Source: Macrostomum lignano
Lineage: Eukaryota
DNA length: 64,000 bases
Assembly: GCA_002269645.1 (NCBI GenBank)
Contig: NIVC01001128.1
Location: 62,001 to 126,000, forward strand
Reading direction: 5' to 3'
Part shown: one piece after another, positions 1-12,639 of the stretch
Numbering within the stretch: position 1 is the first letter of the stretch
How the letters are laid out: each line of letters starts with the position of its first letter
Notes under the pieces: model-generated
Database searches by the model: none
What the model saw: the letters and a program-made list of their open reading frames with translations, nothing else
What the model was told of the DNA's origin: nothing
Program-made: the position numbers and the translations under genes

Positions 1-225
1 TCTCAACTGTAGGTCTTTGTGTCTCTCTCAACTGTAGGTCTTTGTGTCTATTTTAACTGTAGATATTTGTGTCTGCTAATCTGCTTTAGTTATAGGTCTT
101 TGTGTCTGCTTTAGCAGTAGGTCTTTGTGTCTATTTTAACTGTAGATATTTGTGTCTGCTTTAGTTATAGGTCTTTGTGTCTGCTTTAACTGTACAGGCC
201 TTTGAGTCTGTCCCAACTGCAGGTC
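1..225. repeat. Degenerate ~25-27 bp tandem repeat (aactgtaggtctttgtgtct...) in the last STT3 intron
   Basis: Recurring gtaggtctttgtgtct / ttaactgta units from the window start to ~225. Confidence 0.75.
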
Positions 226-297
226 TTTGTGATTTCCAATGGGCTGCCTTGAGCACAATCACGAGCCACTTTCCCCCTAAAACACACCGCACACCAG

Positions 298-549
298 GGC
301 GAGTTCCGCGTAGACAAGCTGGGCAGCAAGACGCTGCTGAACTGCCTGATGTACAAGCTGAGCTACTACCGGTTCGGCAGCATGTACACCCAGACTGGTC
401 AGCCCTCCGGCTACGATCGGGTTCGCAACGCCGAGATTGGCAACAAAGACTTCGAGCTGACCTATCTGGAGGAGGCCTACACCACGGAGCACTGGATAGT
501 GCGAATCTATAAAGTTAAGAAGCCGGACAACAGGGGCAATCTGGTTTGA
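298..549 (+). CDS. STT3A: Terminal coding exon of oligosaccharyltransferase catalytic subunit STT3 (STT3A-like); upstream exons lie outside the window
   Basis: After acceptor ...acaccAG (296-297) the exon reads [27 protein letters not shown]...[41 protein letters not shown], matching the STT3A C-terminus; TGA at 547-549. Confidence 0.95.
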   Translation, partial: GEFRVDKLGSKTLLNCLMYKLSYYRFGSMYTQTGQPSGYDRVRNAEIGNKDFELTYLEEAYTTEHWIVRIYKVKKPDNRGNLV

Positions 550-720
550 GTAATCTGTTAGCGAGTTGCCAATTGACTCTGAATTCACTCCAAAACTGCT
601 ATGCTAACTGAGTAGTGTTTTTTATGCTGGTCACATGCAATGCCTTGACCAGACGTAGCCCGCTTAGATTGTCTTTTAATTCTAATTTTTTTTGCTAATT
701 TTGAAGTTTTTCCGCAAAAA

Positions 721-1160
721 TGACGCCCTACAAAAAATGGCGCCCTCCCCCATAAAAATGGCGCCCTCCCCCATAATAATGGCGCCCTCCCCCATAATAA
801 TGGCGCCCTCCCCCATAATAATGGCGCCCTCCCCCATAATAATGGCGCCCTCCCCATAATAATGGCGCCCTCCCCCATAATAATGGCGCCCTCCCCCATA
901 ATAATGGCGCCCTCCCCCATAATAATGGCGCCCTCCCCCATAATAATGGCGCCCTCCCCCATAATGGCGCCCTCCCACAAAAAATGGCGCCCTCCCCCAT
1001 AATAATGGCGCCCTCCCCCATAATAATGGCGCCCTCCCCCATAATAATGGCGCCCTCCCACAAAAAATGGCGCCCTCCCCCATAATAATGGCGCCCTCCC
1101 ACAAAAAATGGCGCCCTCCCCCATAATAATGGCGCCCTCCCTCAAAAAATGACGCCCCTC
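721..1160. repeat. 21-bp minisatellite (ataataatggcgccctccccc)
   Basis: About 20 near-identical units containing GGCGCC; the source of the repetitive GGRHYY/EGAIIM ORFs. Confidence 0.95.
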
Positions 1161-1449
1161 AAAAGCAGGGTGCCCTCATCTAAAAAGGCACCCTCTCAAA
1201 ATGACACTAGGCAATATTTTATATTGTTTCACAACAATGACTTTACCGTTAAATTGTTTCCTAAAGTAGCGAGGTCTTTGTTTAGTAGTCATTATGATTC
1301 TTTTCTATATAACTCGTACTTTTATCTGTTATTGCCTAATAAAATTGTTAATGGTTTCTGTTTTATTGACATTAAAACTGTTTTAAAAGATCGACACACA
1401 CACAGGCGTTTAAGTAATCGTCTTATACGAGAAATCATGCCGATTTGAC

Positions 1450-1451
<2 letters not shown>

Positions 1452-1500
<49 letters not shown>
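1452..1500. repeat. (GA)n microsatellite
   Basis: Pure GA run. Confidence 0.95.
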
Positions 1501-1505
<5 letters not shown>

Positions 1506-2177
1506 GAGACAGAGAAAAGAAGAGGGGAGAGAGTAGAGTAGAAAAGAAGGGAGCTGAGAACAATCAAACTATTGTGCAGTTTCAACTCACTATCGATACA
1601 TATCGTCTGTAGAAGGCTTTAAAAGTCGATCCTTGATTTTATATAAACCAACCCCTTTTTTATGTCTGTTGCTTTCCTAACTAAATAAATGTACGTCGAT
1701 TTACCTTTCTACTGTTATAAATATTATTAAGTAGCCACATTCGGTGACTTGAATTTAAATATTGAACTAGTTTTCCTCTTGTCTCCCTCACTTTCTCGGT
1801 GTGCGTTTTTCTGTGTCGAAGTCTTTAGCCTATTAATCTGCAATCTTGTCAAAAACAGCCACACTAAATGCTGATTGTCTAATCTATTAAATCAATTCAA
1901 AACTGTGTTTGCCACTCTCAATAAAATTTGCGACCTCTGCGCTGCCAATAATAGACTTACTAATGCTCGATATTTATAATTACTAAACGATTCATTTAGT
2001 CCAATGCTTTAGTAAAATATGTTATATCATCTGCATAAATAAACTGACGGGGTGAACGCGGTTGTTAGTGTTAAATTCTTTGTTATTATTGCTTACTCGG
2101 AGTGACGTACGGAGCTTTTAAATTTCGTTCTTTGCAATCCTACTAGCGTCATTCTGAATTAATATCCCAACTACACT

Positions 2178-2983
2178 ACTGTCACCCTACTATCCTCACT
2201 GATGTCACTACTATCCTCACTGATGTCACCCTACTAGCGTCACTGATGTCACCCTACTATCGTCACTGATGTCACTACTATCCTCACTGATGTCACCCTA
2301 CTAGCGTCACTGATGTCACCCTACTATCGTCACTGATGTCACTGTACTATCCTCACTGATGTCACTCTACTATCGTCACTGATGTCACCCTACTATCGTC
2401 ACTGATGTCACCCTACTATCGTCACTGATGCCACTTGTACTATCGTCACTGATGTCACCCTACTAGCGTCACTGATGCCACTTGTACTATCGTCACTGAT
2501 GTCACCCTACTAGCGTCACTGATGTCACCCTACTAGCGTCACTGATGTCACCCTACTATCGTCACTGATGTCACCCTACTATCGTCACTGATGTCACTGT
2601 ACTATCCTCACTGATGTCACTCTACTATCGTCACTGATGTCACCCTACTAGCGTCACTGATGTCACCCTACTATCGTCACTGATGTCACTGTACTATCCT
2701 CACTGATGTCACTCTACTATCGTCACTGATGTCACCCTACTATCGTCACTGATGTCACTGTACTATCCTCACTGATGTCACCCTACTAGCGTCACTGATG
2801 TCACCCTACTATCGTCACTGATGTCACTGTACTATCCTCACTGATGTCACTCTACTATCGTCACTGATGTCACCCTACTATCGTCACTGATGTCACCCTA
2901 CTATCGTCACTGATGTCACCCTACTATCGTCACTGATGTCACCCTACTATCGTCACTGATGTCACCCTACTATCGTCACTGAT
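2178..2983. repeat. 23-bp minisatellite (gtcaccctactatcgtcactgat)
   Basis: About 35 tandem units with minor variants. Confidence 0.95.
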
Positions 2984-3274
2984 CACGGCTTCTGTAAGGC
3001 ATTATCATTTGAAGTCAGCAATCATTAATTGCACAATGAACATATTGCATATTGGTCTCTGTAGATCAGATAAAATCAATTGAAATCATTGAATTTGGGC
3101 CAAAATCATCCAGCGGTCATATCGACCATTTCAACAAAATAGCAGTTTACGCATGAGTCAAATTTTATTATATAATTACGCTCGTAATGGCTCCCGAATA
3201 CGTAACTCGCTGCTGTATACATGTTGCAGTCTATGCCTACATGTTACTATTTGTATTCCAGTATGTGGAGTGTC

Positions 3275-3657
3275 AATTCAAGGACCACTGTAGTAAAACA
3301 TTACGTGAAACTCAAAGATCGTGTAGTTTTAGGGGGCCAGTTTCCTGGGGAAAATACACTGCAGAGATAGGCAAAACATTTTTCTTCACAAAATCTATGA
3401 TGGATTGGATTTGATCTGGGGCAGCTATTGTGAAGATTACTAGTATTTTAATTTAGCATGCAGAGCATGTTAAGTCTGTATTTTATATAATGTTTTATTT
3501 TTACTTAACAAGTCCACTAGCCAAAGTCGTAAATACTCACGTGAAATATTTGTTCCTTTTTTGAATCAAGTTAGCTTCTTGCATGCAGCAAGGCCTATTA
3601 GCCTAAGTGTAGAGTGTTCTACCTCCATCAAAAAGTGATAAAATTGTTAACGTACTG

Positions 3658-3688
<31 letters not shown>

Positions 3689-4085
3689 GTAGATAGCGAG
3701 AAAGAGCGAGCGAAGCGAGCTCTTTCGAGCTTGCTTGCCGCAGCCAATCAAGCTGAAAGCACGCACACAAGATCACCGGAAACGATTAAGGCAGCTGGAA
3801 AGCCAATGGGCGCGGTAAGCGCTTTTATCCAGAGGAACTACCTGCTGGAACCAGGAACCAGCTGGATTCTTATCTATCTAGATAGATAGATAGATAGATA
3901 GATAGATATAATGTAACCTTCACTGCCACAGATCAAATGCAATCAATCATTGATTTGGGATGAAAAATTGATTATTTTCCATTCCCCGCAGTAGTGTCTT
4001 CTTTCCCAGGAAACTGCCCCCCCCCCCAAATAAAATTACACGATCTTTGAGTTTTACGCCCTGTTTTACTGCAGTGGTCATTGAG
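3275..4085. repeat. Diverged inverted repeat pair (~3275-3425 and ~3925-4085)
   Basis: ggaccactgtagtaaaac...actcaaagatcgtgtag...agtttcctgggga is the reverse complement of cccaggaaact...tacacgatctttgagt...gttttactgcagtggtc. Confidence 0.7.
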
Positions 4086-4727
4086 TCAATTCTGTAAGTT
4101 CTGGTAGAACAGCACGCTTGATAATGAGAAGTAAAAGAAAGGAGATTGCGAGCATTTTCATTAGAACGACATGTTTCGCCTAACTTTAGGCATCATCGGG
4201 CAGATTGGAATTTATCTAATTCAAGTCAAAACGTAGAGTATAAACACATTTCAGTGGCAGATAGTCAGTGATGCACAAGATTGTAATAACAAAACACGGG
4301 GGGAGTCAACAGATCAAAACCGAGACAGACAGAGAGAGAGAGAGAGAGAGAGAGCCGGGTAGTGGGTGTACGTTTAGAACACTCTCAGGAGAGCACCGGC
4401 CCCGGAATAACCCAACTGTTTATTTAAAGTTGGTTGCCAGTTTTTAATGTACATAGCTTCAATAATCTTAAGGCGATGATCGATATTGCAACTGTGTATG
4501 ATAGTAAACCTATCCTTTTGTTCACTGTTGGCGCATTCACTACAGGCCATAAGATGGTCTTGCACTGCTGATGGCTTTAACCAGTGTTCTCTGCCCCTAA
4601 CATACAAGTGCCGTTTCGATTTACCTAGGTAGGTAACTCTCTGATCAACAGAGCACTGGAATTGGTAGACGACACCTGCACGTAGTTGCAGAGGCACACG
4701 GCTTTTGAGCTTAGCCGTGTGCCTCTG

Positions 4728-6191
4728 AAATCTACCCAAGCGGCAGCCAACCAGGTCAGATGTATGGCATGTGCAAAGTGCACAAGCCCGATAAACCACT
4801 GCGACCTATTGTGTCTATGGTCAACACTGCTGAATATCAGTTAGCCAAGTTCTTGGATAGCCTCATTAAGCCGCACATTGAACGTGACTATCATGTTAAC
4901 TCGAGTAAAGAATTTTTGAACTCGCTATCTGAGGTCGAGTTCAATGATGATGATAGGCTTTTTAGCTTTGATATTGTCTCACTGTTCACTAACATTCCGC
5001 TAAATCTCGCCATTGATCTGGCTACTGACTTTGTCTACTCGAAAGAAGGCTCTAGACCATCGTATAGCAAAGATCAGTTCCGTAAGCTCATGGTCATGGC
5101 CACTAGCGGAATTTTCCTTTTTCAAGATAAGTATTACCGCCAAATCGACGGATGCGCCATGGGAAGCCCCCTTGCCCCAACGCTTGCCAACATTTGCCTC
5201 TCCAATTGGGAGAAGGAATGGCTGAGAAGCGACTGCGCTCCTAAATTCTATCAGAGATATGTCGATGACACGCTTTTGATCTTTGACAAAAAAGCGGACC
5301 ACACCAAGTTCCTTGATTTGTTAAATAACACGCATCCTAACATCAAATTCACTGTTGAGGGAGGCGGAAAAACCATACCGTTCCTTGACATTGACATTAA
5401 CATTGAAGGTCAGCAGCTTTCGACCAAAGTTTATAGAAAACCAACCTTCACCGGCCTTCTGCTTAACTTTAATTCGATCTGCCCGAAGCAGTGGAAAATC
5501 GGCCTGGTTCGCTGCATGCTCCACCGGGCTTTTGAAATTTCTAACAGCTGGAAGAATTTCCATGAAGAAGTGACTAATCTCACTAAATATTTCTGTATTA
5601 ATGATTACCCAGAATCTCTGCTTAGCTACCATCTTAAAAAGTTTCTCAACCAAAAATTACATTTGCAAAAATCCAATGTGAATGAACAACAGCAAGATCA
5701 GTTTCAGACCAAAATATAGGCACCTTTCTATCCCCTACTATGGCGAGGCTTCGATCAGTTTTAAGAAAGCGCTCCTCCGGTGCTTTAAGCAGTTTTCTAA
5801 TGATAATCTGAGAATCACCTTTTATTGCGATAAAGTTGGCCAGTATGTCTCTAAGCTCAAAAGCCGTGTGCCTCTGCAACTACGTGCAGGTGTCGTCTAC
5901 CAATTCCAGTGCTCTGTTGATCAGAGAGTTACCTACCTAGGTAAATCGAAACGGCACTTGTATGTTAGGGGCAGAGAACACTGGTTAAAGCCATCAGCAG
6001 TGCAAGACCATCTTATGGCCTGTAGTGAATGCGCCAACAGTGAACAAAAGGATAGGTTTACTATCATACACAGTTGCAATATCGATCATCGCCTTAAGAT
6101 TATTGAAGCTATGTACATTAAAAACTGGCAACCAACTTTAAATAAACAGTTGGGTTATTCCGGGGCCGGTGCTCTCCTGAGAGTGTTCTAA
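4728..6191 (+). CDS. PLE reverse transcriptase plus GIY-YIG endonuclease, one ORF split by a +1 frameshift in the A-run at 5711-5714
   Basis: ORFs 4760-5719 and 5682-6191 join as QFQT-KYRHLSIPYYG; endonuclease motifs GVVYQFQC..TYLGKSKRHL..R..EH and IIEAMYIK..PTLN. Confidence 0.88.
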
Positions 6192-6213
6192 ACGTACACC
6201 CACTACCCGGCTC

Positions 6214-6244
<31 letters not shown>

Positions 6245-6367
6245 GTCTCGGTTTTGATCTGTTGACTCCCCCCGTGTTTTGTTATTACAATCTTGTGCAT
6301 CACTGACTATCTGCCACTGAAATGTATTTATACTCTACGTTTTGACTTAAATTAAATAAATTCCAAT

Positions 6368-6408
6368 CTGCCCGATGATGCCTAAAGTTAGGCGAAACAT
6401 GTCGTTCT
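6368..6408 (+). ncRNA. Candidate minimal type I hammerhead ribozyme variant in the PLE pseudo-LTR (second copy on the - strand at ~4163-4203)
   Basis: c-CCGAUGA-u-GCCUAA ag UUAGGC-GAAA-C au GUC-g: stem II, GAAA, palindromic ACAUGU and a GUC triplet are present; core has C in place of U4 and stem I is weak. Confidence 0.55.
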
Positions 6409-7186
6409 AATGAAAATGCTCGCAATCTCCTTTCTTTTAATTCTGTAAGTTTCTGCGTCAGTCCAAGTTTTTCTACTTTTAGTAGCAGATGTAGCGTATT
6501 AAAATTCATTGGAGATACACGTAAGCTGTGTAACTCGCCATAAACAGTTCTCAGCAAAAAGGCCTGTTTGCTCAACAATTTATGAGCACGCGAGAGTTGG
6601 CAAAACATCAGGTCGTTTCCGTGACCTGACCTGACCTCGCGTTAACTTTTATTCTATTCAAACTATGTACATATGCATATACTATTTATACTACTACCGA
6701 TAGAATTAAGGATTCACTCTGCACACAGAAGCAGCAGTTTCTGTTTGCCTGCTGAGGCATTTCTTTCGACTGGCACTTCTTCTAAATGAAAGCGCTTTCA
6801 GGGTTAGGACGCGATTTTTTTACTCTCTGTTTGATGAGCATCTGTGTGACTGCCAGGCATGAGACTTGCGCCCACACTCTTGCCACGTAGCAATGGAGGA
6901 AGACTGCAGCAGAGAAGGTTGGCAATAATTTTCGGTGCAATTAAATTTTTCCTTTGCTGTTTGTGAGGGTCACGCGTTTAGCTGTGGGGTGTCTCTAGAA
7001 GGGAGCCTTACATGTATCTCAACGCACCCATCACTCGGGCGTCCCTAGCGACAATTTTTGACATACCAACACGCTTTAGCGTCCTTAGAAGCCGCCGTCT
7101 TTGACATGCCAGGTCAATGTACATTAGCTAGCTCCTGGGCATTGCCATGGATTTTTATGGTGGGGGGCAAAGCCAAGAGTTCTCTC

Positions 7187-7952
7187 TGGCGCCCCAGGCA
7201 CTCATTTTGGCGCCCCAGGCAAGCTCATTTTGGCGCCACAGACACTCATTTTGGCGCCACAGACACTCATTTTGGCGCCACAGACACTCACTTTGGCGAC
7301 CAGGCAAGCTTATTTTGGCGCCACAGACACTCATTTTGGCGCCACAGACACTCACTTTGGCGCCCAGGCAAGCTCATTTTGGCGCCACAGACACTCATTT
7401 TGGCGCCGCAGGCAGGCACTCATTTTGGCGCCGCAGGCAGGCACTCATTTTGGCGCCGCAGGCAGGCACTCATTTTGGCGCCGCAGGCAGGCACTCATTT
7501 TGGCGCCGCAGGCAGGCACTCATTTTGGCGCCGCAGGCAGGCACTCATTTTGGCGCCGCAGGCAGGCACTCATTTTGGCGCCGCAGGCAGGCACTCATTT
7601 TGGCGCCGCAGGCAGGCACTCATTTTGGCGCCGCAGGCAGGCACTCGTTTTGGCGCCGCATGCAGGCACTCATTTTGGCGTCACAGACACTCATTTTGGC
7701 GCCCAGGCAAGCTCATTTTGGCGCCACAGACACTCATTTTGGCGCCACAGACACTCACTTTGGCGCCCAGGCAAGCTCATTTTGGCGCCGCAGGCAGGCA
7801 CTCATTTAGGCGCCGCAGGCAGGCACTCATTTTGGCGCCACAGACACTTACTTTGGCGCCCCAGGCACTCATTTTGGCGCCGCAGGCAGGCACTCATTTT
7901 GGCGCCCCAGACACTCACTTTGGCGCCCCAGGCACTCATTTTGGCGCCGCAG
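7187..7952. repeat. Mixed 21/25-bp GGCGCC minisatellite (cattttggcgccgcaggcaggcact)
   Basis: About 33 units; generates the repetitive ORFs at 7058-8033. Confidence 0.95.
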
Positions 7953-8721
7953 GCTCTATATTTTGACATCCTGAAGCAAAATATTTTCATTTCCACAACG
8001 GGTCACAATTGCTGGGGTGGGGAACAAGCATAGGCATATGTCCCTCTGTCCCCCTCCGCGGTTGCGACGCCCCTGCATGATTTAGTATCCCTGGCAACCG
8101 TGTATGTTTTCAAATTCGACACGCTTCAAGGTGCCCCTGAACCGAGAATACGAAAAGGATTTTATTGAATAAAATTCATGTAATCAATAAGGAATGGTTA
8201 AGATAGCAAGGCCTGACTGCAATTTCCTGGAGGAATTAGTACAATGTAAATCCTTGCACGCTATTGAAAATCGCGAGTGTTTTGTTATTAACTTACTGCA
8301 GCTTCTGTGTGGCTAATAAAAATTTGCACCATGCATATACCGACCCTGGCTTGAAGGCTTGAACAGGAGTCAGTGTAAGGTAACCTATAATAGGGCTAGG
8401 TAATTGGGATCCAGCTCTCATGACTGCGGGCCTGCAGATGAGAGGGGAGAGGAGAGAAGAGAGAATCCGGGCCGGATTGCCATATTGTGAATTTTCAAAG
8501 GACCCGATCGGGAGGCCCCATGGAGCTTGTTTACATGTGCAGCTTTTTACGTGCGCCATATAGTTAAAGGGGAAATATTGGTTGCTATAGCCAGTTGCCT
8601 TCAAGTTATGCAGATTTGGCTGTACACCCCGTGTGTTATGAGTGCTTGCCTGCGCAACGGTATTGACACACTTAATAATAATTTGATTAAAATATTACAC
8701 CTGTTCTAAAATGAGCAGATT

Positions 8722-8915
8722 ATCTGTGCAACCGACAGCTCAGCCGCAGCTATTGCGCGGCGCATCTGAAGGCTGCGTATGGCTGTTCAGTCCAAGGACT
8801 GGGGGGTCGCCACACACAGCCTCAATTACCCCAGCCAATGTTGGCACCCATTTTACAGCTTGGTGAACTGAAGTAGTGCAGAGTTGTGTCTTGCTTGTGT
8901 CATCGAAGGCGCTTC
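8722..8915 (-). mobile_element. CORE-type (MIR-like) SINE fragment, copy 1
   Basis: Closely similar to 14201-14385; - strand reads ...caagacacaactctgcactacttcagttcaccaagctgtaaaatgggtgcc, resembling the CORE domain. Confidence 0.6.
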
Positions 8916-10112
8916 GCCAGGGTGCCCGTAGCTATAGTGACTTTTTGCATGAAAGCCGGCCTTCAAAATTCCCAAAGCAACGAGGTTTCCGGTTTTTCCA
9001 CATAAGCTAGTTGGAACTAACATTCCTACATTAGGAGGTCAATAAGGACGTCAACTAATCAAAAGCTTTTTGTAGTTTTTGCGGCACTACAAAATCAATC
9101 AAATGACGGGTTTATAGCTACATATACAGTGGCTAACAAAAAGGGGGACTTCAGTTTCCATGTGACAGCCAGCTGTGCATCATAATAGCTACGGCTTCTG
9201 CAGTATGGGCAGAGAACTATACAGGTGCATTAATCAGTTTAGACAGCTGGCAGCCGCAGGAGAGGAAGGAAACCGTGAATGCCACGGTGTCTAGCTAGCT
9301 CGTTTATTGTGTCCACGCTCTGTGTGACAGCACACTATTTCAGTAGGAAAAGTACTTTTCTTCATAAAATCATGGCCAATCTTTTTAATTTTACTTTTAC
9401 AGCCAGCACGCGCCAATTTGGAATTGAAAAAAGAGAGAGACTCGGAACATGCACTTTTATAATTTTAATGTACTTTTACACCGAGAATGCACTATAGTAC
9501 GATCTAATACAGCCTAGCATGAGATAAGGATCTAAGGATGGTGGCAGAGCCACTGAGGACGAAGATCTGGGAGGGTAGCGGTGCTTCGGACTAATCCAAC
9601 TAATTCAGACTCGCATTCGGAATCAGCAAGCCTTTTCTCAATAAATTGAGCTCTGCAGATGCCCCTGATGACGTATGCAGAATTTGAATAAGCCAGACGC
9701 TTCTTGCGTGCCCTCTGCACGCGAAGGTTAGACTTACGGCAAAGGGAGAGAGAGAGAGAGAGAGAGAGAGAATACGGTAAGGGATAATCGGGATGAGGGA
9801 TTTCCGATGCGCGTGAGGATCGCGGCGCGTCTGCAACCGGAGCTCAAAGGGAATAGCATTTTTAATGCCTAGCAGATTTACTGCTTCAAAAGAAAATTAT
9901 CTTCTTCAGATTAAAAAAATTGAGCCTCGTTTCGAAAGTTGCTGCGTGCACATGGAATATTCTTTCTTTTCTATATTCGCATCAGTGAAACCAAAGCGAC
10001 ACGGAGTACCTGAATAACGAGTAGTAATGAAATAATCTTTTTTAAAGGTGGCAGCAGAACGCCCAGTGGATCCTCTGATACATACACGTACGAGCGTAGA
10101 TAGCCTAGCAAC

Positions 10113-10300
10113 TAAGGATCTGGGAGGCTGGCCCTGCAACTGAGGATCTGGGAGGCTGGCCCAGCAACTGAGGATCTGGGAGGCTGGCCCAGCAACTGAG
10201 GATCTGGGAGGCTGGTGGCCCAGCAACTGAGGATCTGGGAGGCTGGCCCAGCAACTGAGGATCTGGGAGGCTGGCCCAGTAACTGAGGATCTGGGAGGCT
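10113..10300. repeat. 28-31 bp G-rich minisatellite (aactgaggatctgggaggctggcccagc)
   Basis: About 6 units; same unit as 16611-16835. Confidence 0.9.
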
Positions 10301-11120
10301 GCCGTCGGCCCCTTTGTGGATATTGTAAGAGATTTCCTTCCTACGATGGCAGAATGCAAATTGCAGGGTCCAAATGGAAATGGCAAGAATTTATTGATCT
10401 GCAAGGTCGAGAGGCAAGAGTTAGCAGCACTATAGGGGGGGGGGGGGAGGGCGAGTGACTGAGAGCAAAGCAGAGCAAACGGCCTGTGCATGCATTGCCC
10501 CATCAAATTACTCCGAGTGCTGCAGCGAGGCTCAAAGCGCACACAGAGATGCTGCGTCAATAGCATATTCGTCATTGTTCGTTGCTTTTATTTTTTTCAA
10601 GAATTTCGAGCAAGGGGTTATCTGCGAGTGTTGAAAGCGAACAATGAGCCTCTCTAGCTGTATGCACTCAAAGTTTTTCTCTTGGCGAAACAGCCTTTGA
10701 CGAAATTACTTCAAGCTATCTAGTCAAAGCTCAAACAGCTTTCGTCACTTCATTTCAGAATTGAGAGTGAAATTTGAATAGAGAATTAAGATTTTTGAAG
10801 CATGTGTTTTAGTTTACAGCTTTAATTCGAACTGGTAAATAAGGTTGAAAAACTAGTAAAACTAACGACATTCATCGTGCAGCAGCACTTCCAATCGGCC
10901 AGCTGCATACGAGTAAATAGAATGTGCGGTGCGCGTTCGCGTATGACTTGAATTGCGAACTGCAAGAATCGGCAACGATACACAGCAATTTGTTTACTGT
11001 GATGTCCAACAGCTAGTTTCAGTTCAGTAGCACTAACTGTTCTGTTTAATGAAGTGCTGATGCCTTTTTTAGTGGGGGGGGGGGTCTTTAGGCCTCGGAA
11101 ACTTAGTAAAGTTGAGTTGT

Positions 11121-12246
11121 CTCAGCTCAAGAATTGAGCTACACTGAGTTGTCTCAGCTCAAGAATTAAGCAGCACCGAGTTGTCTCAGCTCAAGAATTA
11201 AGCAACACCGAGTTGTCTCAGCTCAAGAATTGAGTTACACTGAGCTGTCTCAGCTCAAGAATTGAGTTACACCGAGTTGTCTCAGCTCAAGAATTGAGTT
11301 ACACCGAGTTGTCTCAGCTCAAGAATTAAGCAACACCGAGTTGTCTCAGCTCAAGAATTGAGTTACACTGAGTTGTCTCAGCTCAAGAATTGAGTTACAC
11401 CGAGTTGTCTCAGCTCAAGAATTAAGCAACACCGAGTTGTCTCAGCTCAAGAATTGAGTTACACCGAGTTGTCTCAGCTCAAGAATTGAGTTACACTGAG
11501 CTGTCTCAGCTCAAGAATTGAGTTACACCGAGTTGTCTCAGCTCAAGAATTGAGTTACATTGAGTTGTCTCAGCTCAAGAATTGAGTTACACTGAGTTGT
11601 CTCAGCTCAAGAATTGAGTTACACCGAGTTGTCTCAGCTCAAGAATTGAGTTACACTGAGTTGTCTCAGCTCAAGAATTGAGTTACACTGAGTTGTCTCA
11701 GCTCAAGAATTGAGTTACACCGAGTTGTCTCAGCTCAAGAATTGAGTTACACCGAGTTGTCTCAGCTCAAGAATTGAGTTACACTGAGTTGTCTCAGCTC
11801 AAGAATTGAGTTACACCGAGTTGTCTCAGCTCAAGAATTGAGTTACACTGAGTTGTCTCAGCTCAAGAATTGAGTTACACCGAGTTGTCTCAGCTCAAGA
11901 ATTGAGTTACACTGAGTTGTCTCAGCTCAAGAATTGAGTTACACCGAGTTGTCTCAGCTCAAGAATTGAGTTACACTGAGTTGTCTCAGCTCAAGAATTG
12001 AGTTACACCGAGTTGTCTCAGCTCAAGAATTGAGTTACACTGAGTTGTCTCAGCTCAAGAATTGAGTTACACCGAGTTGTCTCAGCTCAAGAATTGAGTT
12101 ACACCGAGTTGTCTCAGCTCAAGAATTGAGTTACACTGAGTTGTCTCAGCTCAAGAATTGAGTTACACCGAGTTGTCTCAGCTCAAGAATTGAGTTACAC
12201 TGAGCTGTCTCAGCTCAAGAATTAAGTTACATCGAGTTGTCTCAGC
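11121..12246. repeat. 32-bp minisatellite (gagttgtctcagctcaagaattgagttacacc)
   Basis: About 35 highly homogeneous units. Confidence 0.97.
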
Positions 12247-12639
12247 TTCAAATTCAGGAAATGAAAGCTCACAGAAACGGATTTGGCTTCCTTATTTTTC
12301 AGTTAACTCAAATTCATTCCAACTTTAATTTGGAAAATGGCAGGCAACACACAGTAGCAATCGGTTTATTGCCTGTATTATGGAGGAAAAAAGTTTAGCA
12401 AATGCAGTCATGCGCAGATTGTTAATCCCACTGTCAAGGCAAGGCTGATCAACATCGGCACAGTCTGCAGCGACAGGTTAACTGACTTCCGCTCATATAT
12501 ATGATTATTTGGGATAGTGCCAAGTTGACAACTGCTACCAGCGATAAGATTAGCCAAGCAGGATTAACTTCTTACCAGCTTACTAGGGGAAATGAGACGG
12601 AACTGAGCAGAAAAGTTGCTAACTTGATATAAAAACTGA

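Larger units (their letters stand above)
4101..6438 (+). mobile_element. 5'-truncated Penelope-like retroelement (RT + GIY-YIG) with an inverted pseudo-LTR at its 5' end
   Basis: RT ORF has PLE-type motifs (IYPSGSQPG, KVHKPDKPLRPIVS, FDIVSLFTN, AMGSP, RYVDD, PFLDI). 4133-4714 is the reverse complement of 5851-6438. Direct repeat aattctgtaagtt at 4088-4100 and 6439-6451. Confidence 0.92.

Noticed and set aside
585-1145. Long repetitive ORFs (GGRHYY, EGAIIM)
   Set aside because: Translations of the 21-bp minisatellite with no splice or domain support; the same applies to ORFs at 7058-8033, 17111-17947, 21776-22261, 51969-53264, 56062-56630 and 62517-63225
4374-4799. Apparent second GIY-YIG gene on the - strand
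   Set aside because: It is the inverted pseudo-LTR copy of the PLE 3' end, not an independent gene
7135-8075. Possible hAT-like MITE around the GGCGCC minisatellite (ctgggcattgcc... / ...gcgacgcccctg)
   Set aside because: Termini match only loosely and no 8-bp TSD was found
11121-12246. CRISPR-like regular 32-bp array with an internal hairpin (ctcaa-gaa-ttgag)
   Set aside because: No unique spacers, eukaryotic context and no cas genes; a plain minisatellite
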